From Tortispora ganteri (lineage: Eukaryota), in the NCBI GenBank assembly GCA_003707115.1, contig PPNB01000032.1, positions 1 to 64,000 on the forward strand: a DNA stretch of 64,000 nucleotides, written 5' to 3'. The notes under the pieces were generated by a model, which was not told the origin of the DNA, did not search any database, and saw only the letters and a program-made list of their open reading frames with translations. Both the position numbers and the translations under genes were made by a program. Position 1 is the stretch's first letter. The number at the start of each line of letters is the position of its first letter. This document shows, piece after piece, positions 10,459 to 20,245 of the stretch.

Positions 10459-12164
10459 ATGGCTGAAGCCCGCATGAGTGCTGCTGAAGCAGGTAAGTCC
10501 CGTGCAATTTCATGGACAATTTTATTGATATTTGTATTTTTACGCATTTATTTCCCTGATTGAGCTGTTGTTGGCCTATCTTCAGCAATATCGCTCGCCA
10601 CACAGCATGCCTTATGCACAAACTATCCTTATCGGTCACCCAATACTAACAATCCTCTTCCCTAGCTGCAATCAACGTCGCCGCCGTTACGAGAAATTAC
10701 GGAATTACTCCGAGAATCAAGTACAATACCGTCGCAGGTATAAATGGTCCCCTTGTCATTTTAGACAACGTCAAATTCCCACGATTTAACGAGATCGTAA
10801 ACCTCACCCTTCCCGACGGTTCAGTCCGCTCCGGCCAAGTACTAGAAGTCAAAGGATCCCGCGCAGTCGTCCAGGTCTTCGAAGGTACTTCTGGAATTGA
10901 CGTCAAGAAGACAAAAGTAGAATTCTCCGGCGACTCTCTCCGACTGCCCGTCTCTGAAGATATGCTAGGCCGTATCTTTGACGGCTCCGGCAGAGCCATC
11001 GATAACGGCCCAAAGGTTTTCGCTGAAGACTACCTAGACATTAATGGCTCACCTATAAACCCTTACTCTCGTATCTATCCAGAAGAAATGATTTCTACAG
11101 GTGTCTCCGCTATCGATACTATGAACTCTATCGCCCGTGGCCAGAAGATCCCTATCTTCTCTGCCGCAGGCCTGCCTCACAATGAGATCGCCGCCCAGAT
11201 TTGTCGTCAGGCTGGCCTTGTTCGTCCTACAAAGGATGTTCATGATGGTCACGAGGACAATTTCTCCATTGTGTTTGCCGCTATGGGTGTCAATCTCGAG
11301 ACTTCTCGCTTCTTTAAACAGGATTTCGAACAAAACGGCTCTCTCGAACGTGTAGCTCTTTTCCTCAACCTTGCAAACGATCCCACTATTGAGCGTATTG
11401 TCACTCCTCGTCTCGCGCTCACTACCGCTGAGTATCTTGCCTATCAGACTGAACGCCACGTGCTCACTATACTCACGGATATGTCTTCCTATGCTGACGC
11501 TCTTCGTGAGGTCTCTGCTGCTCGTGAAGAAGTCCCTGGCCGCAGAGGTTATCCAGGTTACATGTACACGGATTTGTCTACTATTTACGAGCGTGCCGGT
11601 CGTGTAGAAGGCCGCAATGGTTCTATTACTCAAATCCCTATTCTCACAATGCCTAACGATGATATTACTCACCCTATTCCTGACTTGACAGGTTACATTA
11701 CCGAAGGCCAAATTTTTGTCGATCGTCAGCTTTATAATCGTGGTATTTATCCTCCAATCAATGTGCTACCTTCTCTTTCTCGTCTTATGAAATCAGCCAT
11801 CGGCGAGGGAATGACACGGAAGGACCACGGTGATGTGTCTAATCAGCTATACGCTAAGTACGCTATTGGACGTGATGCCGCCGCAATGAAGGCTGTCGTT
11901 GGTGAGGATGCCTTGTCTCAGGAAGACAAACTTTCTCTAGAGTTCTTGGATAAATTCGAACGCTCTTTCATCAGTCAAGGCGCCTACGAGAATCGATCCA
12001 TCTTCGAATCTTTGGATCTTGCCTGGTCTCTGCTTCGCATCTATCCTAAAGAACTTCTTAACCGTATTCCGGAGAAGATCATCAAGGAGTTCTACCAGCG
12101 TGAACGCCCAGCTGCACCTACTAAAGATACTAGGGACACCGAAGCTCCTTTAATTGAAGCCTAG
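10459..12164 (+). CDS. VMA2: V-type ATPase subunit B; exons 10459-10492 and 10666-12164
   Basis: Splicing gives [45 protein letters not shown]...; [23 protein letters not shown] and [18 protein letters not shown] motifs. Confidence 0.96.
10493..10665 (+). other. Spliceosomal intron in VMA2 (173 nt)
   Basis: GTAAGT donor at 10493, TACTAAC at 10644-10650, CTAG acceptor ending 10665; removal restores the frame. Confidence 0.92.
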
Positions 12165-12249
12165 ATATTTAGCGGTCAATAGTCAATAGTCAGTCGTCTT
12201 ATTCGTGCCATTTCTTTAGTATATTGGTGCTTAGATTCACATCATAGAC

Positions 12250-14439
12250 TTAGAATCCTAATGCCGATTCTGCCACCAAACAATGTTCTAATCTGCTACA
12301 GAGCGTGAAAAGAACTGGGCTTTCGCTGGCAGCAAAATAGTTCAGTGCGTTGATCATATTACCCAAATAATGGTCAAAAGCTTCAATTTTGTTAAGTAGA
12401 CTTGATTGAAGCTTAGGAATTCGACTGGAGTCATATGGTTTACCGGCCAACTCTGCCAATTGAGGATCAACGGTAACTAGCATGCGTGTGGCATGGGCCA
12501 TGAGTGACGTAAATGACAAACAAACAGCAACGATCTTTGATTGTAGTTTAACGAGCTTTGCATTTGTAAGCATACAATCTTTTAAGCATGAGTCCAAAAA
12601 GGTTACATGATTGTCCATTAATTGATCAACTGTGATGGCAGATTTGAGCTGGTTATCAAGTACATAGCAATAATGTTCAATAACATCGTGCACGCAATAG
12701 TACATTATTGACTGGATGAACAACAACATACGTTTCCTCAATACATAAGCATTTCGTTTCCATGAGATCATTACCTTCGATTGTGTCCATGCCGGTGACT
12801 TCATCTGGTCCTTCCACACTTCTGACAACTCAGTTTCGATATGCTTCAAGGCTAGAAGATGTCTGAACAGACACTGATAACGTAACCTTGTATTACGAGA
12901 AATGACAAGAGATACAGGAAACGGTACGTTGAAATCTAGCTCCAAAACATCAATGCCACGTAATGATTTCTTTTGGTCCTCTTCGTTCGAAGCAACAGAT
13001 TTAGAATCAGATCCTGCAGCCGGTTCTGCAAAGACATCTGTATCCATACCGGTAATATTGATAATTTTCAAGAGTAAATCACTGAGGTTACTCTTGCTAA
13101 GATGTACTAAGACGTCTTCTTTATATATATCTGCAGCAGCTGGCGTGCCAGGTTGACATAAAACCAGATCTAGTAGCGGTTGTAGAGCTGGTAGTGATAC
13201 ATACTCAACTGGTTTAGAGAGCTCGTGAGCAGCAGATTCTAAAAAGGAGGTAATGTAGTCACCGCTTGTAAGGAAAAAGTAGCGTCGCATAGCATTTAAG
13301 CGTTCTGGGAGTTTATGTGTGACAATGAGCGTGGAAAGTAGCAGTTTATTTGCATGAGAATAAACTGAATTGATGTATGAATATAGGGGAGAAAGTAACG
13401 ATTCAGGAGGAGAACATTCGTAAACGTACGATGGCGCAGGGGAAGGCAAATCATTAGAAGATGATTCTCGAATGACATTTAAGTATTTCCCTGCCAGAAG
13501 TGCCATTGTCGCTAAGTTTGAGGAGTCCAGTTCAATGGGTATATGGTACGAGATGAGCGAGTAGCGTTTTTCCCAGTATTCATCAGTGTAGTCGCTATCT
13601 ATAGAAGATCTGTTAATTGATGCAAGTTCGCGGATCATGAATTCGTGGTAAGGGTCATCTATTATGCCATAGCACAACCATTTATGAAGCATGGCCATGT
13701 ACGGCTTGGACGCCTTTTCTAGGAGTAAGGAGTATAGTTCTATAGCTGCTGGGTCGCCAGCGTGTGTGGATCTGCATGAAGATATAATTCTGAGCACTGC
13801 CCCACCTTTTGCAATTGAAGGAGTGGAATTAATAGCATTATGTTGTTGGCCGAGTAGGGCAGCTAATGACGGATCAATTTCGACGCCCTTAAGGAACTCT
13901 GGCGGATCGGGTACACGGGGGTGGCCCTTCCCAGCAGAGTAGTCCATAATCTGCAGGATCAAATGGTAAGCATGAAGGATAGTCATTGTGGCTGGTTGGA
14001 GGTTAACAAGCAGCGAATGGAGGTCGAGAGATTCTGACTCCTCTTCGAGTTGCGATAGTAGTAGGGAAAAATCCTTTAGGACATCTCGTAGGGCGGCGCA
14101 CAAAGCCTGGTTCACTCTACCGTAGGATAGACGGGAATATGAGTCAACAAAAGCCCTAAGAACAATAGCGGGTTTGACTGGGCGTAGGATCTGTTTAGTG
14201 AGTTCGCGCTCTTCTGGATCAATTGAGCGTGAGATGACGAGGGCGGGGCCTTTAAGTCTGCTCTCTTCGTCGTTTTGCCGGAAGGAGTCGTGGAAGTAGA
14301 CACGGGGCCCCTCATAACCCATAAGAAGATATAATAGTTCTTTCAGGAATGGCAGGTCGGTGTGAGATGCAGGAGGGCGGTCCGGGAATACTATTGAGCG
14401 CGACAGCGGGGCGGTGGGGAGCACTGAGGTGACGCGCAT
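12250..14439 (-). CDS. SPC97: Gamma-tubulin complex component GCP2/Spc97
   Basis: ELLYLLMGYEG, YGRVNQALCAALR, GIIDDPYHEFMI, DYTDEYWEKRY, LDFNVPFPVSLVISR...YQCLFRHLL. Confidence 0.88.
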   Translation of the reverse strand: MRVTSVLPTAPLSRSIVFPDRPPASHTDLPFLKELLYLLMGYEGPRVYFHDSFRQNDEESRLKGPALVISRSIDPEERELTKQILRPVKPAIVLRAFVDSYSRLSYGRVNQALCAALRDVLKDFSLLLSQLEEESESLDLHSLLVNLQPATMTILHAYHLILQIMDYSAGKGHPRVPDPPEFLKGVEIDPSLAALLGQQHNAINSTPSIAKGGAVLRIISSCRSTHAGDPAAIELYSLLLEKASKPYMAMLHKWLCYGIIDDPYHEFMIRELASINRSSIDSDYTDEYWEKRYSLISYHIPIELDSSNLATMALLAGKYLNVIRESSSNDLPSPAPSYVYECSPPESLLSPLYSYINSVYSHANKLLLSTLIVTHKLPERLNAMRRYFFLTSGDYITSFLESAAHELSKPVEYVSLPALQPLLDLVLCQPGTPAAADIYKEDVLVHLSKSNLSDLLLKIINITGMDTDVFAEPAAGSDSKSVASNEEDQKKSLRGIDVLELDFNVPFPVSLVISRNTRLRYQCLFRHLLALKHIETELSEVWKDQMKSPAWTQSKVMISWKRNAYVLRKRMLLFIQSIMYYCVHDVIEHYCYVLDNQLKSAITVDQLMDNHVTFLDSCLKDCMLTNAKLVKLQSKIVAVCLSFTSLMAHATRMLVTVDPQLAELAGKPYDSSRIPKLQSSLLNKIEAFDHYLGNMINALNYFAASESPVLFTLCSRLEHCLVAESALGF

Positions 14440-14717
14440 AGGTTAGGTCTTGATCGCACAGGATTCGCAGCGATAGGTGTAGAAAAGAAAATATTTAAGC
14501 ACTCAGTGTATTAAATCAAATGAAATAGTATATAATTTAGCGGCCTAAGCAGGATCAGGAACTTCAACGTAAGCAATAAAGCGCGATATCGCGAAGCAGA
14601 AGAAGGGTGTATTTTGTTTAGTGGGAGTTTCCCATAGCAACGGTTATATTCGCCAGACGAAGTCTACAGTGCGTACTCTAACCAGGTCAAATACATACAT
14701 ATTAACACAAGGAGAAG

Positions 14718-15470
14718 ATGTTTTTGACTCGTAACGAATATGACCGCGGAGTGAATACTTTTTCACCTGAAGGACGGCTGTTTCAAGTGGAATACTCGCT
14801 TGAAGCGATTAAATTGGGTTCGACGGCGATTGGAGTGGCGACTAGTGAGGGAGTGGTGCTTGGAGTTGAGAAACGAGTGACTTCGCCACTATTGGAATCG
14901 TCGTCTATTGAAAAGATTGTGGAGATAGACAGACATTTGGGATGTGCGATGTCTGGATTGACAGCGGATGCACGGACTATGATTGAACATGCACGCACAG
15001 AGACGCTCAGCCATGACCTACAGTACGACGAACCGATACGTGTAGAGACAGTCACTCAGGCAGTATGCGATTTGGCATTAAGGTTCGGTGAAAGCGTTGA
15101 TGGTGACGACGACGACGACCACGCCATGTCGCGGCCGTTTGGTGTAGCGTTGTTGATAGCGGGCGTAGACGAGGATGGGCCCCAACTGTACCATGCCGAG
15201 CCATCAGGTACCTTCTATAGATACGACGCTAAAGCCATTGGATCAGGTAGCGAGGGTGCACAGCAGGAACTTCAGAACGAATACCATAAGTCGCTTACGC
15301 TTGCTGAAGCTGAACAGCTTGTTCTCAAGATCCTTAAGCAAGTTATGGAGGAGAAGCTCGACAGTAAGAACGTGCAACTGGCGAGCGTCACACCCGATGC
15401 TGGGTTCAAAGCATACACTGAAAGCGATATGGCTGAAGTTGTGAGCCGAATGCCCGAGTCTGAGGTATAA
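14718..15470 (+). CDS. PUP2: 20S proteasome subunit alpha-5
   Basis: [52 protein letters not shown]. Confidence 0.97.
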   Translation: MFLTRNEYDRGVNTFSPEGRLFQVEYSLEAIKLGSTAIGVATSEGVVLGVEKRVTSPLLESSSIEKIVEIDRHLGCAMSGLTADARTMIEHARTETLSHDLQYDEPIRVETVTQAVCDLALRFGESVDGDDDDDHAMSRPFGVALLIAGVDEDGPQLYHAEPSGTFYRYDAKAIGSGSEGAQQELQNEYHKSLTLAEAEQLVLKILKQVMEEKLDSKNVQLASVTPDAGFKAYTESDMAEVVSRMPESEV

Positions 15471-15630
15471 AAGAATAATTAATTAGCAATATTCTTATGA
15501 TGACCGGCTAACTTGTTTATATTGTATAGATGACACTGTGTATATGTATGTATATATACATAAGTACCCAGTGCATATAGCTTTCCCACCCACACCACAA
15601 CACTTCCTCTAGATTACCAATACCAATATC

Positions 15631-16476
15631 ATGAACCGCACGTTCAGAGAGTACATTGAACGGGCTACCGCAAGCCCTTCTGCTGCACATGCTGTACACA
15701 TTTCCATGCGTATGCCTAACGCATCTGCAAAGACAGTCGCTTGGACAGATGAAGACGGGCCCGCATGGTGCTACGAGCATCTCAGGAAGATCGTCATAGA
15801 TACCAATATCCTCATAGTAGAAATGACAAACAACGGATGCAGCAATTTGAAGTGTCAGGATATGACAGTAAATGGTAAACGGTATTTATGCGAATATCAC
15901 GACCCTCCTGCGAAATGTTCTGCTCCTATGCATTGTTTCCACTCCCTAGATGCATGTGAATCTTTATTGTGCGAGTCCACAGCCTCGTTAAAATCGTTCA
16001 AGTTTATTCTGGAAAAAATTTACCTGATACTTGCGCACGCTTGGTTCAATCATCCGTTTTGTTTCATAATTGTCGAGACGCAGATCAGCCTGTTTAAGCG
16101 CGTTATGGCGGTTAATGCGGCGTTTTACCTGATCTCTGACTCCATGTTGAGTATACCTATACTTAATAGTTGCGCTCAAAACCGTGAGCTTCTTGTAAAG
16201 CCAGTGACTGTAGATTACTACAGTGCACTGCAGATGAATAAGGAATGGGTGGCACTAGCTAAGTGCAGGCCATCGCAGACGCGTCATCTGCGTGCCATGT
16301 CTCCACGCCGAGTTTCGAATAATGCCAATATTTCCAGTGCAGTAAATGTTGCAGTGGACTCGGTCCCATATAAAGAATGCTTAGTAAATTCAATTGTGGA
16401 ATATTGCCACCAAAACCAGCAGGTCAGTTGTGCACGAGCATTCACAGCGGACAAATCGCATGCAACTGAACCTTAA
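15631..16476 (+). CDS. Divergent MOB-family protein, phocein/MOB4 (fungal Mob3) type
   Basis: WCYEHLR, CxxxxC (CSNLKC), LCEYHDPPAKC...HSLD and IYLILAHAWFNH align by eye with phocein WKYEHLR / LCAAHKTPKEC / IYRIFSHAYFHH. Confidence 0.72.
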   Translation: MNRTFREYIERATASPSAAHAVHISMRMPNASAKTVAWTDEDGPAWCYEHLRKIVIDTNILIVEMTNNGCSNLKCQDMTVNGKRYLCEYHDPPAKCSAPMHCFHSLDACESLLCESTASLKSFKFILEKIYLILAHAWFNHPFCFIIVETQISLFKRVMAVNAAFYLISDSMLSIPILNSCAQNRELLVKPVTVDYYSALQMNKEWVALAKCRPSQTRHLRAMSPRRVSNNANISSAVNVAVDSVPYKECLVNSIVEYCHQNQQVSCARAFTADKSHATEP

Positions 16477-16485
16477 CTTCGACAA

Positions 16486-16926
16486 ATGGGTCCACCCGAG
16501 AGAAAGTTCCTAGAGGACGAGTTTAAAAGCAAAGGCGCAGACGCTGAGCCGGCTCCTCCACCGGAAAACGAGGTCATACGGTCTGATGACCCTAGAGGTA
16601 TTGTGGTGAATACGCAGCGGCCGGTCGAGAAACCTAATGTAGTGTCAGCACTAAGCACGATATCGACCAGCGATTTTAAGAACATTGTCAAAATTCCATG
16701 TTTCAGAGACAGTATGCTCAATGGTATGATATCAGGTGGAGTAGTATTTGCAGTACTAGTCACTGCACGCAAGCCAATGGGTAAGGCATTGAACTGGAGC
16801 GTTGGTTCGTTCTTGCTGATATCAACAATATCGTGGCAGCGGTGCCGCAAACAGCGCAGCGTGTCGCTGGAAAATGCTAAAAAAGCCCAAGAATTGATGA
16901 ACCGTGCCATGTCCAAGAACAAATAA
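16486..16926 (+). CDS. COX20: Cytochrome c oxidase assembly factor Cox20
   Basis: IPCFRDSMLNG...TM...KALNWSVGSFL...WQRCR two-TM, two-Cys pattern. Confidence 0.88.
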   Translation: MGPPERKFLEDEFKSKGADAEPAPPPENEVIRSDDPRGIVVNTQRPVEKPNVVSALSTISTSDFKNIVKIPCFRDSMLNGMISGGVVFAVLVTARKPMGKALNWSVGSFLLISTISWQRCRKQRSVSLENAKKAQELMNRAMSKNK

Positions 16927-17052
16927 TCAAATTTTGGTCAGTGATGTTGCAACATACTGGCTAACGACAATACCTATATAAAGAACCAAAACCACACATT
17001 TCTGCAATGATTTTCTATCCAACATACAAACGAATTTCATCGTCTAATGAAA

Positions 17053-17547
17053 TCATGTCTCTTCACCTATTGCTGTAGTATGTAGACTAAAGTGAACTCT
17101 TTTCCTGTACTTCTCCACATGTCCTGGAGTGGACTGGGATCTAGACATGATTGTTGCATCAGAGTTTGAGTCTGAATAGACAGTTGACCGGCTGATCGAA
17201 CTTGCACGTTTATGCCTATTAAGTCTTCGCATTAACCGATTTTCGTTTTGTTCTCTGCGTTTATACTCTGCTATTTTCTCTTCGCGGATTCTACGTCTTT
17301 GGGCCTTCTCTTGCTCTGTCTTCGGTTTGATAGGGCTTGCTAATGTACTGTAGTCGTTTATCTCATGGTGGCGTGCACGGGGTGGTGTTGGAGGTGCCGG
17401 TATTTCAATACTCATATTCTCTATCTCATCTATGAAATCTGTATCGTCGTCCTGCATTTGATTTGGGTCGTACTTAGATGTGCTATCCAGCTGTGTTATC
17501 GCAGGTAAAACGACAATTTCCCTTCTTGATACAGTCACTCTGCACAC
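17053..17547 (-). CDS. Uncharacterised low-complexity protein with a charged helix and C-terminal RVxF motif; 5' structure uncertain (first ATG 17457)
   Basis: Open frame of 164 codons; AQRRRIREEKIAEYKRREQNE helix; KRVHF; candidate splice acceptor at 17548-17549. Confidence 0.55.
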   Translation of the reverse strand: MCRVTVSRREIVVLPAITQLDSTSKYDPNQMQDDDTDFIDEIENMSIEIPAPPTPPRARHHEINDYSTLASPIKPKTEQEKAQRRRIREEKIAEYKRREQNENRLMRRLNRHKRASSISRSTVYSDSNSDATIMSRSQSTPGHVEKYRKRVHFSLHTTAIGEET

Positions 17548-17890
17548 CTATAAATAATAATAATATCAGTAGCTGTTTGGTTTTTTAGAACTTGATTGTT
17601 AATATAACCGTGATCACCTTGAAAGTCGTCGAAAGGAAGTTTCGGGTCCTTGTGTTAGTACTTTAACCACATGATCGGCAATTCCCTTTACATATGATAC
17701 CCCCCCACACCAGCACTTATTGCCTTATATCACAATTGAGACACTGATATACTCACGTTAATGTTATAGATCAGTTCATTCATATATTCACACACTTTAT
17801 AGTCTGTTCAACACTACTTTATACGATCTTACTACATCTACATAAAAAACTCTATTTAACAATAAGCTTCCCATAATGTCATCGTTAGAG

Positions 17891-19687
17891 CTATGATATA
17901 GCATGTCTGTACCGGCGGGCCATAGACAGTACCGACCGGTATTCTCTGTACCATTTTAGTTTGTCTTTGAGGTCATTATATTTTTCGACCCAGTTTGTGT
18001 ACGCATACCCGACCGGCTGACACATACTGTTGTTGTATCGCGCGAGCTCTTCAAAAGATTCATGTTTCGCAATCTCCAGGTTTAATTCCGATATAGCTTT
18101 TTTCCATATGCTCATTTTCTCCTTTTCCGTGCCTAAACATTCAATACTAGGCAAAGCACTAGCTTGCCATTTACTGAGTTTGCTTTGGTTGTTGTTTCGT
18201 GACCAACCGTAGTCACAGTTAGTCACCGAATTCACCACTGCAGGACTAGAAATTCGTGCGGTCCAGTACATACACGTGTTCACAAACTCATCTGCATTCT
18301 GTATTGTTCCGGCTCTAAATAGTACCTCGCCTTCATTCAGTCGTAGGCTCCAGGTATTCTTTCCCTCTGGGTGGTCAATCACTCTTGCTCGTGCATTTAT
18401 TAGCGAGTAGTCAAACACAGTCTCAGAGTTCTCTAGCCAATTTAACGATATTTCACTTTGACTCGATTTGTTCAATTTATGCGATTTGTGCGTTTTCTTT
18501 GACCCACCGACAATATACCCACTAATACGACCTTGTTGTACCACCACAAAAAGTTCCTGCCAGTCTTTTTTCTTGTTTTTCTTCTTAGAAGATATAACCA
18601 AGTTGACTTGCAAAATACCTTCTTTTGCAAATGGTGGACCAAGAAGCTCAACTTCAGGTTCCTCCTTTGTCTGCTCATACGCGGTTCGGAGCGAGTCATT
18701 AGACAGTGTCAGAGCCCGTGAAAACCCTACCAATTTCGGGCCGTTACCAGGTTTGTGCTTAGACAGTGAAGGTTGCACATGACTTAAATCTAGCTGGTGT
18801 TTTTGAAGTTCAGTAAAGAAGTGCCGCAGGGCTTCCTCCTTACTCGATTTTGAATCGTTGGCATAGAATTGGACAGTATCTGATTCATGGTCTACACGGT
18901 TGATGATTGATACTTCCTTAAAAAATGCACCGTAGACGTTGGTCTGACTATCAGGAGACAACTCAGTTAGTGTATCCATGACATTTGCCACGAATTGCGT
19001 TGATTTCATTTTAATGGGTATGCGGGCTGAGTGGATGTCAGTGTTTGCTAGTAGGAGGGCATAAGCAAGCGCCGTTATATGAGAACAGTCCTGATAACCC
19101 GATTGTGGGTTATCATTGACCCATTTTTCTGCAAAAGATGTCAATAGACGGTATATTGAGTCCGAGTCGCCTTTTAGATGGACCTTATTACAGAGCAATC
19201 TAAGAGCAGTGAGCACATTGATCATTCTGAAGTCAAACAATGCCATATAGAGACGACGGACATCAGAACGGTATGGGGCATCGCTGCCAAGCCATGCGAC
19301 TGTGGTTTTGTGGTCTTCAAAGATAGAAGGGTTGTAGTAGAGTGTTAGGGCAAGTTTGGCGCTATGATACCACACGTCTTCGAACAAATGTTCATTTATA
19401 AGCCTGCTTGTGAGGAACCCAGCCTTGTGCTCTTCAGGAATAAATTCAATATTTGAAGATGTTGTACCAGAAGAATGTCCTAGACTGTCTGGATTAAATG
19501 ATAGAATCGAGTCATTGCTGTTTCTTGCAGAGTAGTACTCTACAGAATCGCGATCATCAGAATAATCAGGGTCTAGCTCGATTGCTGCTAGATTGACGGT
19601 TACATAATTTCTTTCCTTATCAAAATATTGGTAATCGTCTAGGACATCCAAATAATCATAATGTTCTTCATCTGCAAAGTACGCCAT
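17891..19687 (-). CDS. YEL1: Arf GEF-like protein with Sec7 and PH domains (Yel1/EFA6 type)
   Basis: YMALFDF...ALRLLCNKVHLKG, AYALLLANTDIH (Sec7); LLGPPFAKEGIL...WQELFVVVQQG...FVNTCMYWTARIS (PH); VTNCDYGW. Confidence 0.8.
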   Translation of the reverse strand: MAYFADEEHYDYLDVLDDYQYFDKERNYVTVNLAAIELDPDYSDDRDSVEYYSARNSNDSILSFNPDSLGHSSGTTSSNIEFIPEEHKAGFLTSRLINEHLFEDVWYHSAKLALTLYYNPSIFEDHKTTVAWLGSDAPYRSDVRRLYMALFDFRMINVLTALRLLCNKVHLKGDSDSIYRLLTSFAEKWVNDNPQSGYQDCSHITALAYALLLANTDIHSARIPIKMKSTQFVANVMDTLTELSPDSQTNVYGAFFKEVSIINRVDHESDTVQFYANDSKSSKEEALRHFFTELQKHQLDLSHVQPSLSKHKPGNGPKLVGFSRALTLSNDSLRTAYEQTKEEPEVELLGPPFAKEGILQVNLVISSKKKNKKKDWQELFVVVQQGRISGYIVGGSKKTHKSHKLNKSSQSEISLNWLENSETVFDYSLINARARVIDHPEGKNTWSLRLNEGEVLFRAGTIQNADEFVNTCMYWTARISSPAVVNSVTNCDYGWSRNNNQSKLSKWQASALPSIECLGTEKEKMSIWKKAISELNLEIAKHESFEELARYNNSMCQPVGYAYTNWVEKYNDLKDKLKWYREYRSVLSMARRYRHAIS

Positions 19688-20245
19688 TATCTTTATGCTT
19701 CTGCAGCAGTTTAAAGGGGAGGGTATGTTAGCAGAGAAGCGATATATAGATCACAGCAGTGCTGATTACAGCAAAATAACAATTATTTTTTTTAAAAAAA
19801 AAGAATCAAGCAAGATTAATTATTATAGCGAAAGCAAAAAAAATACAAAATAGTAGAAGTAAAAGAAAGAAATTATCTGCAAACGATAACCACAGGATTA
19901 TACACCATTGCATTTGTAGTAGAAAATAAGCTTTAATATATATTTAGGTTCACAACCCTTACCTAAACCTTATTAACTAACATATCAGTTGGCCGTTGTC
20001 AGTGACTATAACTCATCTGATAAAAATAGCAAATTCAGTAAATTCTATTAGTTACTAAATATATGATCATTAGCAAGTTTAGTTCTAAAGTTTGTTTGTC
20101 ATTAATTAGTACATTAATGTAATTTTTTTGTTTCACTACCGATTAACTCTGAGATCTATCAGCCGTGTAATTGCTATTTTGGGACAAGTGTGAATGTAAA
20201 GCAGAACCATCAGCCAGCCACGCTGCGCAATTTGTATGATATCGT

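Noticed and set aside
11049..11711. Long antisense ORF over VMA2 (likewise 35979-36599, 34366-34869, 16473-16922, 20190-20606)
   Set aside because: Shadow frames produced by codon bias of the real genes; no protein features
10459..12164. Intein in the V-ATPase gene
   Set aside because: This is subunit B at normal length; the VDE intein occurs in subunit A
14718..15470. Alternative CUG-Ser/Ala genetic code
   Set aside because: CTG occurs at conserved Leu positions (PUP2 [11 protein letters not shown]3 NGLSVRR)
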